Assembly (NCBI GenBank): GCA_903862655.1
Contig: CAIOZA010000024.1
Coordinates: 11,716-75,715 of the forward strand
From: an uncultured Ignavibacteria bacterium
GTDB taxonomy: Bacteria > Bacteroidota > Ignavibacteria > Kapaibacteriales > UBA2268
DNA length: 64,000 nucleotides
Direction of reading: 5' to 3'
Part shown: positions 38,919 through 47,747 of the stretch, piece after piece
Numbering within the stretch: position 1 is the stretch's first letter
Layout: every line of letters starts with the position of its first letter
Translations under genes and position numbers: made by a program
The notes under the pieces: model-generated
Told to the model about the DNA's origin: nothing
The model's input: the letters and a program-made list of their open reading frames with translations, nothing else
Database searches by the model: none

Positions 38919-40254
38919 CTGGCAATACCGCCTTGATTTCTGCGATTGATACTACCGGCATTGTCTTAGTAAAGATCAGAAGCAAGGTAAAGAATAGACC
39001 AAAGCTTCCTATCAGCAAACCTCCATCGACAAGAGTTGGTTTATAATAAGCCCAGCTTGATGGCAGGAAGTCTCTTGATAATGAGGTGACGGTGATTACG
39101 AATCTCTCGAACCACATACCTACATTCACAAGAATTCCGATTACTAACATAACAGGAATGCTTCTTCTTAGTTTTTTGATCCAGAACAATTGCGGGAATA
39201 TTACGTTGCAACTTACCATAATCCAGTAAGCCCATGCGTAGTCTCCAAATGCTCTGTTAACAAATGTAAATGCTTCGGCTGAGTTACCACTGTACCATGC
39301 AATAAAGAATTCCATGGCGTAAGCATAACCGACCATACTGCCAGTAACGATGATAATCTTGTTCATTTTCTCGAGCGTATCAAGAGTAATAATATGCTCA
39401 TAATGAAACACTTTTCTCAATAGAATGAGACAGTTCTGCACCATAGCAAAACCCGAGAAAACGGCTCCAGCCACGAAGTATGGCGGGAAGATTGTGGTAT
39501 GCCATCCCGGAATAATCGATACTGCAAAGTCGAAGCTGACGATCGTATGTACCGAAAGCACAAGAGGCGTAGCAAATCCTGCAAGGATCAGGTAAACCAT
39601 TTCGTAGTTCTGCCAGTGCCTGTTCGAACCTCTCCAGCCAAAACTGGTAATAGTATAGACGATCTTTTTAATCTTATTTTTGGTTCTATCTCTGAGATTA
39701 GCAAAATCAGGGATAAGTCCAACATACCAGAAAATTGCAGATACAATGAAGTATGTAGATACTGCAAAAACGTCCCATAATAGGGGTGAAGTAAAGTTCA
39801 CCCAGAGTGAATGATCGTTTGGATGTGGAATCAAATAATGATCCAGCCATGGTCTTCCTGTATGCAGAGCAGGGAAAAGACCGGCAGTCATAACTGCGAA
39901 TATCGTCATACCTTCGGCAAATCGTGCTATTCCGGTTCTCCATTTCTGTCTGAATAAGAATAGAATAGCCGATATTAGAGTTCCTGCATGCCCTATACCT
40001 ACCCAGAAGACGAAGTTAACGATATCGAATCCCCAACCAACCGGATTGTTGTTACCCCACATACCAATTCCGTAATAAAGGGAAAAGCCCAAAGCTATTG
40101 CCCCAGTAAGCAGCATAGAAGCTGTGATGCTGATGGCTATCAAAAAATTTCTATTGGGCAGCGTCTCTAACGGTGCGCCAATCAGCTCGTCTATCTGCTT
40201 AAAGGACGGGTTTCCTTCTACTACGGATGTTTCAACTGTGTAATCCGTTTGCAC
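38872..40254 (-). CDS. actC: alternative complex III subunit ActC (NrfD/PsrC-family quinol-interacting membrane subunit)
   Basis: 460 aa with ~10 TM helices. NrfD-like hallmarks. Lies between actB and actDE. Confidence 0.8.
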   Translation of the reverse strand: MQTDYTVETSVVEGNPSFKQIDELIGAPLETLPNRNFLIAISITASMLLTGAIALGFSLYYGIGMWGNNNPVGWGFDIVNFVFWVGIGHAGTLISAILFLFRQKWRTGIARFAEGMTIFAVMTAGLFPALHTGRPWLDHYLIPHPNDHSLWVNFTSPLLWDVFAVSTYFIVSAIFWYVGLIPDFANLRDRTKNKIKKIVYTITSFGWRGSNRHWQNYEMVYLILAGFATPLVLSVHTIVSFDFAVSIIPGWHTTIFPPYFVAGAVFSGFAMVQNCLILLRKVFHYEHIITLDTLEKMNKIIIVTGSMVGYAYAMEFFIAWYSGNSAEAFTFVNRAFGDYAWAYWIMVSCNVIFPQLFWIKKLRRSIPVMLVIGILVNVGMWFERFVITVTSLSRDFLPSSWAYYKPTLVDGGLLIGSFGLFFTLLLIFTKTMPVVSIAEIKAVLPGAQPTHHKAESNNGK

Positions 40255-43200
40255 TATCTTCCTCCTCGTGTTTATTTCTCAATTTAGCGATATATGTTAC
40301 ATTGGGCTTAATGTTCAGTTCTTCTAAGGAATGATAGCCCAAATTATGTTCTCTTAGTTTTGTTATATTAGATTCTTTGTCGTTCATGTCTCCAAAGCTG
40401 ATTGCACTTGCAGGACATGCTACCTGACATGCCGTCTGGACATCAGATCCTTTGAGTGGTTTTCCGTCCTTGGTTGCTTCCTGTCTGGCTTCGGATATTC
40501 TTTGGATACAGAATGTACATTTCTCCATAACTCCGCGTGAACGAACAGTTACTTCAGGATTATGAAGAAGCTTCAGCGAATCCTGTAAGTAAACTCCATT
40601 CGCGAAATGATCTCTGAAGTTAAAGAAGTTGAATCTTCTCACTTTGTATGGGCAGTTGTTGTTGCAATACCTTGTGCCGACGCATCTGTTGTAAACCATT
40701 TGATTAAGACCTTCATCGCTGTGAGTTGTCGCTACAACGGGACATACGTTCTCGCAAGGGGCACTATCGCAATGCTGACATAGCATTGGCTGAGTGCTTA
40801 CGATTGGATCTTCGGGAGTCCCACTGTAATATCTGTCTAATCTAATCCAGTGCATTTCTCTACCGACAGCAACCTGATCCTTGCCAACAACAGGAACATT
40901 GTTCTCTATATTGCAAGAAATAACGCAGCTGGTGCAGGAAATACATTTATTCATATCGATAGCCATTGCCCACTTAAGCCCGGGATAAAGACGTTCTGCA
41001 TTCACACTTTGTAGTTCTTTTTCGTGTTCTTTCATGAACTTAGGATTCTTTTTGTATCCCTCTACAGTTCCTTCTTTAATAATATCTCTCTTAAAATGCA
41101 GATCCTTTACGAATTCCTCATCAACAGCGTGATGCTCCTGAGTTGAGAATACTTTGAAAGTATCTCCGGTCTTAGTAAGAATTGCACTTTCGAATATCCA
41201 TTCCGATATACCTGATTTTTTACTGAGAAGTATATTTGCATTGTGTCCCACGCCTGTTCCAACTTCTCCGGCAATTGTTCTGCCGTAGCCAAGTTCGATG
41301 GCTACAACATTTTCTGCCATACCGGGTTGAAGCATAACAGGTAGCTTCACACTTCTGTTGTCTATTTTAATCTCAATAACATCGTTATTAACTACTCCCA
41401 ATTCCTTAGCTGCTTTTGGCGAAATGGATGCGTAATTGTCCCATGCTGCTTTAGTGACCGGATGAGGTAACTCCTGAAGCCAGCCGTTTGATGAATATCT
41501 TCCGTCATCGACTGTATAGTTTCTGTTCAGCATCACTGTCCAACCACTTGCCTTCTGAGACATAGTAACTGCTGGCAGCTTGAACTGAGGAAATCCGCTG
41601 ACGGCTTTAGAACTCAGGTTGATAAATCCATCATGCAGACAGGAATACCAGAATTTTCTGAATTCAACAGCAGGATTAGCCTGAGTGTAAATTTCTTTCT
41701 CCCAGCGATCCATAAGATATTTATGATAAATATCTTCTGTAAATGTATCCGGTTTTGCTGAAATCCAATTAAGAAGAATAGCTTCTTTCTGCCTGGTTGA
41801 ATAAAGTGGCGCAATAACAGGCTGTTGTAAATTGAACAATCCGGTTCTTAAATTAAAATCGCCCCAGCTCTCAAGATCGTGATTAATTGGAAGTATATAA
41901 TTATTCCCATTTGAAGACTCGTTCTGATTCATTGTAAATGAGATAACAGTACCTACTTTTTCAAGAGCTTTACTAAATCCGTAATCATCGGCAAAATGAT
42001 AAACAGGATTAGAATCAAAGTTTATCAATACTGCTACTTTCCCATTCTTCATATTGCTTACAAGAGCCTCAAGCTCCTGTGAAGTTGAATAAGCAGAATA
42101 ACTTACATTTCTTGATGACAGGTCAAATAAATCAGCCGATCCAAGAATAGAATTCAGCATATTGGTTGCAATGTGAACGTTTACCGGAAGCTTCTCCCCT
42201 GCATGAACAAGGCTCTTCCCTTTATTCTGGATTATATCTTTAACGAGATAATCAACGTATTTCTTATTCAGATCATTTTCTTTAACGAAAGCTGCTAGAT
42301 TATGTCCTGAGATCAGGGATGTTACCGAACCGTCAACAGATAATTTTCCTTTACTCACTATTTCATTAGTGAGACAAAGCAGGAACTCAAATTGTTTACC
42401 GGGGCTGATTCTGATTCTATAATCGGCATTCATTCCTGTTAAGCTCATTGCAGCTTCGGCACAATACAATCTGTTGAAGTCATCAGGTTTTTCTACATCA
42501 CGTTTGGATGCAAACATTCTGATCTGTTCGGTAGTGTTTCCTTCGTTGCCGAGAAAATCAGATTCGAGGGCTAAGATTATCTTCGCTTTATCCCATTTTA
42601 CTGATGGGAGCTCAACTTCACCAAAACATTCTTTCCATGCGATTGCACGGTTATTGTCGCTATGCAGTTCATATGTATAGAATTTAACAGTAGGGAATTT
42701 AGCCTGGAAATCACTGAACAATTTCTTCTGAGTCGGCGAAAAGACTGTATGAGTTATAATTGCTATTTCCTTACCTTCGGCAGATGCTTTGATCAGCAAA
42801 TCTGTTATTTCCTTGTCAGCTTTAACCCAATCGATTTTTACTAATTCATCCTTATCAAGAATCAACGCACTATCTTTTTTTCTTAAAGGATATTTAAGTC
42901 TTTCTGGATCGTATAGATCAAGAATCGTTGCGTGTCCTGTCTGAGGAATTTTACCTAAATTAACAGGATGCTCCGGATTACCATCAATTTTGATAGGTCT
43001 TCCTTCGCGGGTTTTGATAAGAATACCTGACCCATCATTCAAACTGGAAGCATAATAAAGAGCTTCTCCCATCGTAGAGAATTCCGGCTTATTATTATAT
43101 GTGACGATCTCACCTTTATCGCGGTAGTTGTTGCAACTTGCCAGAGCAAAGGCTGAGGAAGCTCCAACCAGAGCGAAGAACTTCCTTCTGGAGAGTGGAG

Positions 43201-43348
43201 ACATCTTATCGGTATTAAATTCTTCAGTCACTCGTTCTGGGAACTCAAGCATCGAAGAATTATGATCTTCATGCTCATGTACATGAGGGTGAATGTGATC
43301 TTCGGATTTTAGAGTGTTCATATCATCAATATTGTTCATTTGATTCAA
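40232..43348 (-). CDS. actB: alternative complex III subunit ActB (molybdopterin-oxidoreductase-like + 4Fe-4S ferredoxin-like domains, Tat signal)
   Basis: 1038 aa. His-rich N-terminal extension, then twin-arginine motif [21 protein letters not shown]-terminal Cys clusters ([11 protein letters not shown]…, [26 protein letters not shown]) of the ferredoxin-like B2 domain. Confidence 0.85.
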   Translation of the reverse strand: MNQMNNIDDMNTLKSEDHIHPHVHEHEDHNSSMLEFPERVTEEFNTDKMSPLSRRKFFALVGASSAFALASCNNYRDKGEIVTYNNKPEFSTMGEALYYASSLNDGSGILIKTREGRPIKIDGNPEHPVNLGKIPQTGHATILDLYDPERLKYPLRKKDSALILDKDELVKIDWVKADKEITDLLIKASAEGKEIAIITHTVFSPTQKKLFSDFQAKFPTVKFYTYELHSDNNRAIAWKECFGEVELPSVKWDKAKIILALESDFLGNEGNTTEQIRMFASKRDVEKPDDFNRLYCAEAAMSLTGMNADYRIRISPGKQFEFLLCLTNEIVSKGKLSVDGSVTSLISGHNLAAFVKENDLNKKYVDYLVKDIIQNKGKSLVHAGEKLPVNVHIATNMLNSILGSADLFDLSSRNVSYSAYSTSQELEALVSNMKNGKVAVLINFDSNPVYHFADDYGFSKALEKVGTVISFTMNQNESSNGNNYILPINHDLESWGDFNLRTGLFNLQQPVIAPLYSTRQKEAILLNWISAKPDTFTEDIYHKYLMDRWEKEIYTQANPAVEFRKFWYSCLHDGFINLSSKAVSGFPQFKLPAVTMSQKASGWTVMLNRNYTVDDGRYSSNGWLQELPHPVTKAAWDNYASISPKAAKELGVVNNDVIEIKIDNRSVKLPVMLQPGMAENVVAIELGYGRTIAGEVGTGVGHNANILLSKKSGISEWIFESAILTKTGDTFKVFSTQEHHAVDEEFVKDLHFKRDIIKEGTVEGYKKNPKFMKEHEKELQSVNAERLYPGLKWAMAIDMNKCISCTSCVISCNIENNVPVVGKDQVAVGREMHWIRLDRYYSGTPEDPIVSTQPMLCQHCDSAPCENVCPVVATTHSDEGLNQMVYNRCVGTRYCNNNCPYKVRRFNFFNFRDHFANGVYLQDSLKLLHNPEVTVRSRGVMEKCTFCIQRISEARQEATKDGKPLKGSDVQTACQVACPASAISFGDMNDKESNITKLREHNLGYHSLEELNIKPNVTYIAKLRNKHEEEDSANGLHS

Positions 43349-43536
43349 CCTTTCGTATTCCTTTTAACTGCTAAAGGATGTGATTTAACGTTGATGGCAA
43401 TTGCCGCATCGATTTTCTCTGCTTTGGGCTTGCCAATTCCAAAGGGAAGTGCACGGGCAGCCAATCCCATCAATCCACCAATTGCGGAGATCTGCAGGAA
43501 TTTTCTTCTTTTTTCTGTGTTCTTAACGTCTTTCAT
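43345..43536 (-). CDS. small ORF encoding a Tat-signal-like peptide between actA and actB
   Basis: 63 aa. KRRKFLQISAIGGLMGLAARALPFG is a canonical twin-arginine signal. The stop overlaps the actB ATG (ATGA). Could be a remnant or a small subunit. Confidence 0.3.
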   Translation of the reverse strand: MKDVKNTEKRRKFLQISAIGGLMGLAARALPFGIGKPKAEKIDAAIAINVKSHPLAVKRNTKG

Positions 43537-43547
43537 TGTATCTCCCT

Positions 43548-44120
43548 CTATCTATGGCAATTACTACAATTAACAGGTCCATTTTTAATTTTATCCCCAA
43601 GTTCAGGCAATCTGTTGTGCGCATCTCTATGGCATGACAAACATTGCGACATACGGAAGCTCATCTTCTGTGAAATCACTTCTGCATTAGCAACGTCTCC
43701 GTGGCAATGGACACAGTTAATTCCTTTCACAACATGGGAACTGTGATTAAAATAAGCGAAATCACCCAGTTTATAAACTCTCTTCCATGGAATAGGAGTA
43801 CCATCAGTATAATACTTCACAAGTTTAATAATCTCTGGTCTGTCCCTACGAGCCACACTATGGCAGTTCATACAGATTGAGGCAGAAGGAACACCGGCAT
43901 GGCGGGCCTTCTCGACACCTGTATGGCAGTATTTGCAGTCAATCTTCAATTGGCCTGCATGCAGCAGATGTGAATATTTTATTGGCTGCTCGGGTTGATA
44001 ACCAACTCCATCACGTTCTGATTTGGATATCAAAAATGTTAATGCCACAGCGACAAGGATAACTCCAATCGTTATTGGCAGCCTTATTTTTAGAATTCGG
44101 TCAAGATGTTGTTTTTCCAC
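43548..44120 (-). CDS. actA: alternative complex III subunit ActA (pentaheme cytochrome c)
   Basis: 190 aa with an N-terminal TM anchor. Five CxxCH motifs (CKYCH, CMNCH, CVHCH, CLSCH, CSNCH), NapC/NirT-like. Confidence 0.8.
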   Translation of the reverse strand: MEKQHLDRILKIRLPITIGVILVAVALTFLISKSERDGVGYQPEQPIKYSHLLHAGQLKIDCKYCHTGVEKARHAGVPSASICMNCHSVARRDRPEIIKLVKYYTDGTPIPWKRVYKLGDFAYFNHSSHVVKGINCVHCHGDVANAEVISQKMSFRMSQCLSCHRDAHNRLPELGDKIKNGPVNCSNCHR

Positions 44121-44172
44121 TTCTCGCCTTATATATGTTGTTAATTTATTTATTCAAAAAAATTCTTTTCGT

Positions 44173-44310
44173 GTCATTCCCGCGAATGAGACTGCGTGAA
44201 AACTACGATCATGTCATTCTGAGGGAGCGAAGCGACCGTGTGTTCCGAAGGACTGCGAAGCGCATCCAGTATTAATGCGGTCTAGATTCCTCACTACGTT
44301 CGGAATGACA
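44173..44310 (+). repeat. MITE-like palindromic repeat element, copy D (with extra 5' half-copy)
   Basis: GTCATTCCCGCGAATGAG… then GTCATTCTGAGGGAGCGAAGCGACCGTG…GCATCCAGTATTAATGCGGTCTAGATTCCTCACTACGTTCGGAATGACA. The closest match to the family consensus. Intergenic between the DsbD_2-like gene and actA. Confidence 0.7.
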
Positions 44311-44357
44311 AACCAAAAAACTGTCTTTTTACAACTCCACTTTCAAAAATACACTAT

Positions 44358-45062
44358 TTACTCGCAGCAGCTCGGTTTCTCTTTTACGTGCTCCGGTAAA
44401 ACCGGGCTAACATAAGGAATATTAAGAGACATACCGCGCATAATCAATAAAATTGCTACAATTGTTATCCCTACCGGAATAAGTCTTGTTAATTTTCTTC
44501 TTATATCAACAGAAACAATACTCTTCAAAATAAACACCGACGCCATCATTGGTAAAGTTCCCAATCCAAAGAATAGCATAAATGTTGCTGAACCAAGCAC
44601 CGAACCGCTTGCAACAGATGCAGTAAGTGCAATATAAACAAGTCCGCATGGCAGTAATCCGTTCAGCAAGCCAAGTAAAAATAATGAGCCGAAACTACGC
44701 AAACCCAAAATTTTCCCGAACATCTTTCGGAAACTTCTGCTTATTTCCTTAACAAAAGGTATCTCGTTTATCCTGTTGCTCCATCTTTTAGGAAATAGAA
44801 CAACGATTAAAAGAACAACACCTGTTGTGATGGATATACTGTTCTGATACCCTGCCAGACTTGCTGATGCACCAATTAATCCGATCAATGCCCCCAGCAT
44901 TGTATATGTCAAAGTTCTGCCAAAATTATAAAGAACGCTGTCCAGAACAATCGAAAGCTTTGAGTCATTCCTCGATGGAACTGCCATTGCGATAGGACCG
45001 CACATCCCAAGACAATGAAAACTCCCCAAAATACCAATCAAGAAACCCGAAATAATTTCCAT
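44358..45062 (-). CDS. DsbD_2/TauE-SafE-like integral membrane protein (cbb3-locus associated)
   Basis: 234 aa with 6-7 TM helices. N-terminal FHCLGMCGP motif characteristic of the DsbD_2 (PF13386) family commonly found beside ccoGH in Bacteroidota-type cbb3 loci. Confidence 0.55.
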   Translation of the reverse strand: MEIISGFLIGILGSFHCLGMCGPIAMAVPSRNDSKLSIVLDSVLYNFGRTLTYTMLGALIGLIGASASLAGYQNSISITTGVVLLIVVLFPKRWSNRINEIPFVKEISRSFRKMFGKILGLRSFGSLFLLGLLNGLLPCGLVYIALTASVASGSVLGSATFMLFFGLGTLPMMASVFILKSIVSVDIRRKLTRLIPVGITIVAILLIMRGMSLNIPYVSPVLPEHVKEKPSCCE

Positions 45063-45072
45063 ATCTTTTCAA

Positions 45073-45519
45073 CTACATCATTATTGTTTCTTCATTGTAA
45101 TAAGTTACGCCATCGCCTGACCAGTGAATCTTCATTCTCCAGAGACCTTTCTGGAGATTAGTAATATCAATTACCTGTAAATTTGATTCATTTACTTTTA
45201 TTGGCAATTTAATGTCAAGCTTGCTGTTCGATGGTCTGAAGAAAAAAATCTCTCCGGCGATTGCTTTCCCCTTCATGATTTCAGGGAATTTAAGAGCTAT
45301 AGTCGATCCACCGTGGATCAACTGCAACTGCTGAGGCAGTTTCTTTGTACGTGTTTCCTTGTCTATCTGCTTCTGAAAAGCAAGTTCCTGCTGATAATAA
45401 TCCCCGGAAACAAGATCTACCTTTTGAGTAGCACTGAATATAAGATTTCCAATCAAGTACAGAACAAAACATGCAAAGAAAATCCCTATCCCAGTGCCCC
45501 AATTTATCTTAAATTTCAT
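45073..45519 (-). CDS. ccoH: cbb3 oxidase assembly protein FixH/CcoH
   Basis: 148 aa. N-terminal TM helix (WGTGIGIFFACFVLYLIGNLIF), then …DYYQQELAFQ… pattern of the FixH family. Position after ccoG. Confidence 0.6.
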   Translation of the reverse strand: MKFKINWGTGIGIFFACFVLYLIGNLIFSATQKVDLVSGDYYQQELAFQKQIDKETRTKKLPQQLQLIHGGSTIALKFPEIMKGKAIAGEIFFFRPSNSKLDIKLPIKVNESNLQVIDITNLQKGLWRMKIHWSGDGVTYYNEETIMM

Positions 45520-45528
45520 AAATAGCTA

Positions 45529-46971
45529 TTACTTTGGTTCTGAAAAAGTTGTTGTAACTTTGTCAATTAGTTTACCGTCGCAATAAATGCCGATAGCAAC
45601 TCTGTTGTTGGTTTTTTTCAATTCTGCAGGAGCAATCTCCAACAAAAAAGTGCCTTCGAGCAGAGCATTCGGTTTTAATACAAGTTTTTTAACACCCGGA
45701 AAATCAAACACACCGTGATGATCCAAAGTCCTGAATTCCAATGTTTTCTCAATAAAAGTCTTGTTCATCAGCTTCATGCTGAAGATATTTACAATATTGC
45801 CATTGTCTTTAACTATAAATGTAGAGCCCCTTGCCCTAAGTATTGTTGCTTCTACATCCGATCTTTTCAAGAGCAAAACGCTGAATAATGTCAATAATGC
45901 TGTCAAAACAATCGCATAAAAAATCAATCTTGGCGTAAGTTTAAACTTTTTACCTTCAACAATATTCGTCTCAGAAGTATAACGGATAAGACCTCTCGGT
46001 TGATTAGTTTTGTCCATTATCTTGTCACAGGCATCGATACAGTTTGTACAGCCAACACATTCAAGCTGAATCCCATCCCTGATGTCAATTCCTGTCGGGC
46101 AAACCCTGACGCAATACCCACAATCTACACATGATCCGTTTCCCTCTGCAACTTTACCCTGTTGAAGTTTAGCTCTTGGTTCTCCACGCTTAAAATCATA
46201 TCCTACGACTATTGAATTTTTATCCAATAGCACGGACTGAAGTCTGCCATAAGGGCAAACATAAGTGCAAGCCTGCTCGCGGAACCATGAATAATTCAGA
46301 TAGAAAGCCAGAGTTAACACTATTACAGCTAAAAACTCTCCCGGATGAACCGATGGAGAATGTGTAATAATATGCAATACACTGTCCATACTGAATATGT
46401 ACGAAAGAAAAACTGAATTCAAGAAGAAAGCAATTACCAAAAAAATGCTGTGTTTTGCTACCTTTTTTAAAAACTTTGAAGCATCTAAATGCTGTGAATT
46501 CAAAGCTTTCTGTTTACCGGCATCACCTTCTATCCAATACTCAATCTTTCTGTACACCAGCTCCATCACAATTAGCTGAGGACAACCCCAGCCACACCAG
46601 ATTCTGCCAAATACAGCGGTGAAAAGAACAATAAAAACAGCTAATGACAATAGCCCTATAGCAATCAGATAAAAATCATGAGGCCACCAAATTGTACCGA
46701 ATATTATAAATTTACGATTAATAATATCAAATAGAACAAATGGCTGACCATTCATCTTTAAAAATGGCAAAATCAAATAAAATGCGAGGAAAAAATATCC
46801 TACCCAGAGCCTGGCTCTGTGATATCTGCCTGACGGCTTACTTGGATAAATCCAAATTCTTTTTCCTTTTGAGTCAATACTGGAAACGCTGTCTCTGAAA
46901 GAACTTCCGGTTTCCGTGATAAGGGAATGATCCTCATTGGATTGTTCATTTCCCTCTTTTTTAAGATCCAT
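45529..46971 (-). CDS. ccoG: cbb3 oxidase accessory 4Fe-4S ferredoxin-type membrane protein CcoG/FixG
   Basis: 480 aa. TM helices plus two ferredoxin Cys clusters (CTYVCPYGR; CVDCGYCVRVCP; CVGCTNCIDACD) and a C-terminal Ig-like domain. Confidence 0.85.
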   Translation of the reverse strand: MDLKKEGNEQSNEDHSLITETGSSFRDSVSSIDSKGKRIWIYPSKPSGRYHRARLWVGYFFLAFYLILPFLKMNGQPFVLFDIINRKFIIFGTIWWPHDFYLIAIGLLSLAVFIVLFTAVFGRIWCGWGCPQLIVMELVYRKIEYWIEGDAGKQKALNSQHLDASKFLKKVAKHSIFLVIAFFLNSVFLSYIFSMDSVLHIITHSPSVHPGEFLAVIVLTLAFYLNYSWFREQACTYVCPYGRLQSVLLDKNSIVVGYDFKRGEPRAKLQQGKVAEGNGSCVDCGYCVRVCPTGIDIRDGIQLECVGCTNCIDACDKIMDKTNQPRGLIRYTSETNIVEGKKFKLTPRLIFYAIVLTALLTLFSVLLLKRSDVEATILRARGSTFIVKDNGNIVNIFSMKLMNKTFIEKTLEFRTLDHHGVFDFPGVKKLVLKPNALLEGTFLLEIAPAELKKTNNRVAIGIYCDGKLIDKVTTTFSEPK

Positions 46972-47546
46972 TATTTCTTCTCTTCAAATAAATCGCCTTG
47001 TGGCGGCTTTGGATTGGGAGGGCTAGTCCCTTGTAACGATATAATGTAACTAGCAAGAGCCAGAATTTCCGTTTTCTTCAAAGAATTCTTCCAGGTTATC
47101 ATTCCTTTTTCGGGAACACCCAGAGCAATTGTTTTGGCAATATTATTAATTCCACCGCCATGAATCCAGTATTTGTCAGTCAGATTAGGTCCAATTGCAC
47201 CCTGTCCCTGAGCCAAGTGGCAGGCAACGCAGTTCTTTGCGAACAAATCCTTAGCCATTGCCAGTTGCGCTTTGTCTGAAACAATTTCAAAATTAGGAGT
47301 ATTCCAGTTTACACCTGCTTCAGCCGCAATAGTTGATGCAAACTTAGTCTGGTAATCCCGCACTTCCGTTGTGTATTCATCGGTAGATCCGGGACCTACA
47401 TCAGCGATATGGAAATAAAACATATACAAACCACCCCAAATAATGGTGATAACAAACAAGTAAACCCACCATGGTGGCAAGGGATTGTTGTACTCCTCTA
47501 TTCCGTCATAAGCATGGTCTAACAGTTTATCTTCGTATTGAGCCAT
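46971..47546 (-). CDS. ccoP: cbb3-type cytochrome c oxidase subunit III CcoP (short, monoheme form)
   Basis: N-terminal …YDGIEEYNNPLPPWWVYLFVITIIWGGLYM… CcoP anchor signature. Single CVACH heme site. Only 191 aa. Confidence 0.7.
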   Translation of the reverse strand: MAQYEDKLLDHAYDGIEEYNNPLPPWWVYLFVITIIWGGLYMFYFHIADVGPGSTDEYTTEVRDYQTKFASTIAAEAGVNWNTPNFEIVSDKAQLAMAKDLFAKNCVACHLAQGQGAIGPNLTDKYWIHGGGINNIAKTIALGVPEKGMITWKNSLKKTEILALASYIISLQGTSPPNPKPPQGDLFEEKK

Positions 47547-47562
47547 AGTCTTGCCTTTATAT

Positions 47563-47736
47563 TTATTTTGAATTTTCTTCGTTTTCCAATGGTAAACTAC
47601 TCATGTAGTTTGAAAAATTCTTGTCAAGCTTCCAGACATAGATTATTAGTCCTACAAAGAACAGGAAAAATATCAACATCGAAATTATTGACCAGTTATC
47701 GTATCCATTAACAGACTTTAATATATCTTTAAACAT
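47563..47736 (-). CDS. ccoQ: cbb3-type cytochrome c oxidase subunit CcoQ/FixQ (small membrane protein, not in ORF track)
   Basis: 57-aa ORF MFKDILKSVNGYDNWSIISMLIFFLFFVGLIIYVWKLDKNFSNYMSSLPLENEENSK. One TM helix, correct size and position between ccoNO and ccoP. Below the 60-aa ORF-track cutoff. Confidence 0.5.
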   Translation of the reverse strand: MFKDILKSVNGYDNWSIISMLIFFLFFVGLIIYVWKLDKNFSNYMSSLPLENEENSK

Positions 47737-47747
47737 CAAATACCTCT

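Noticed and set aside
43340-43573. 77-aa + strand ORF antisense to the small Tat-signal ORF/actA junction
   Set aside because: No features. The minus-strand ORF carries a canonical RRKFLQ twin-arginine signal and fits operon polarity.
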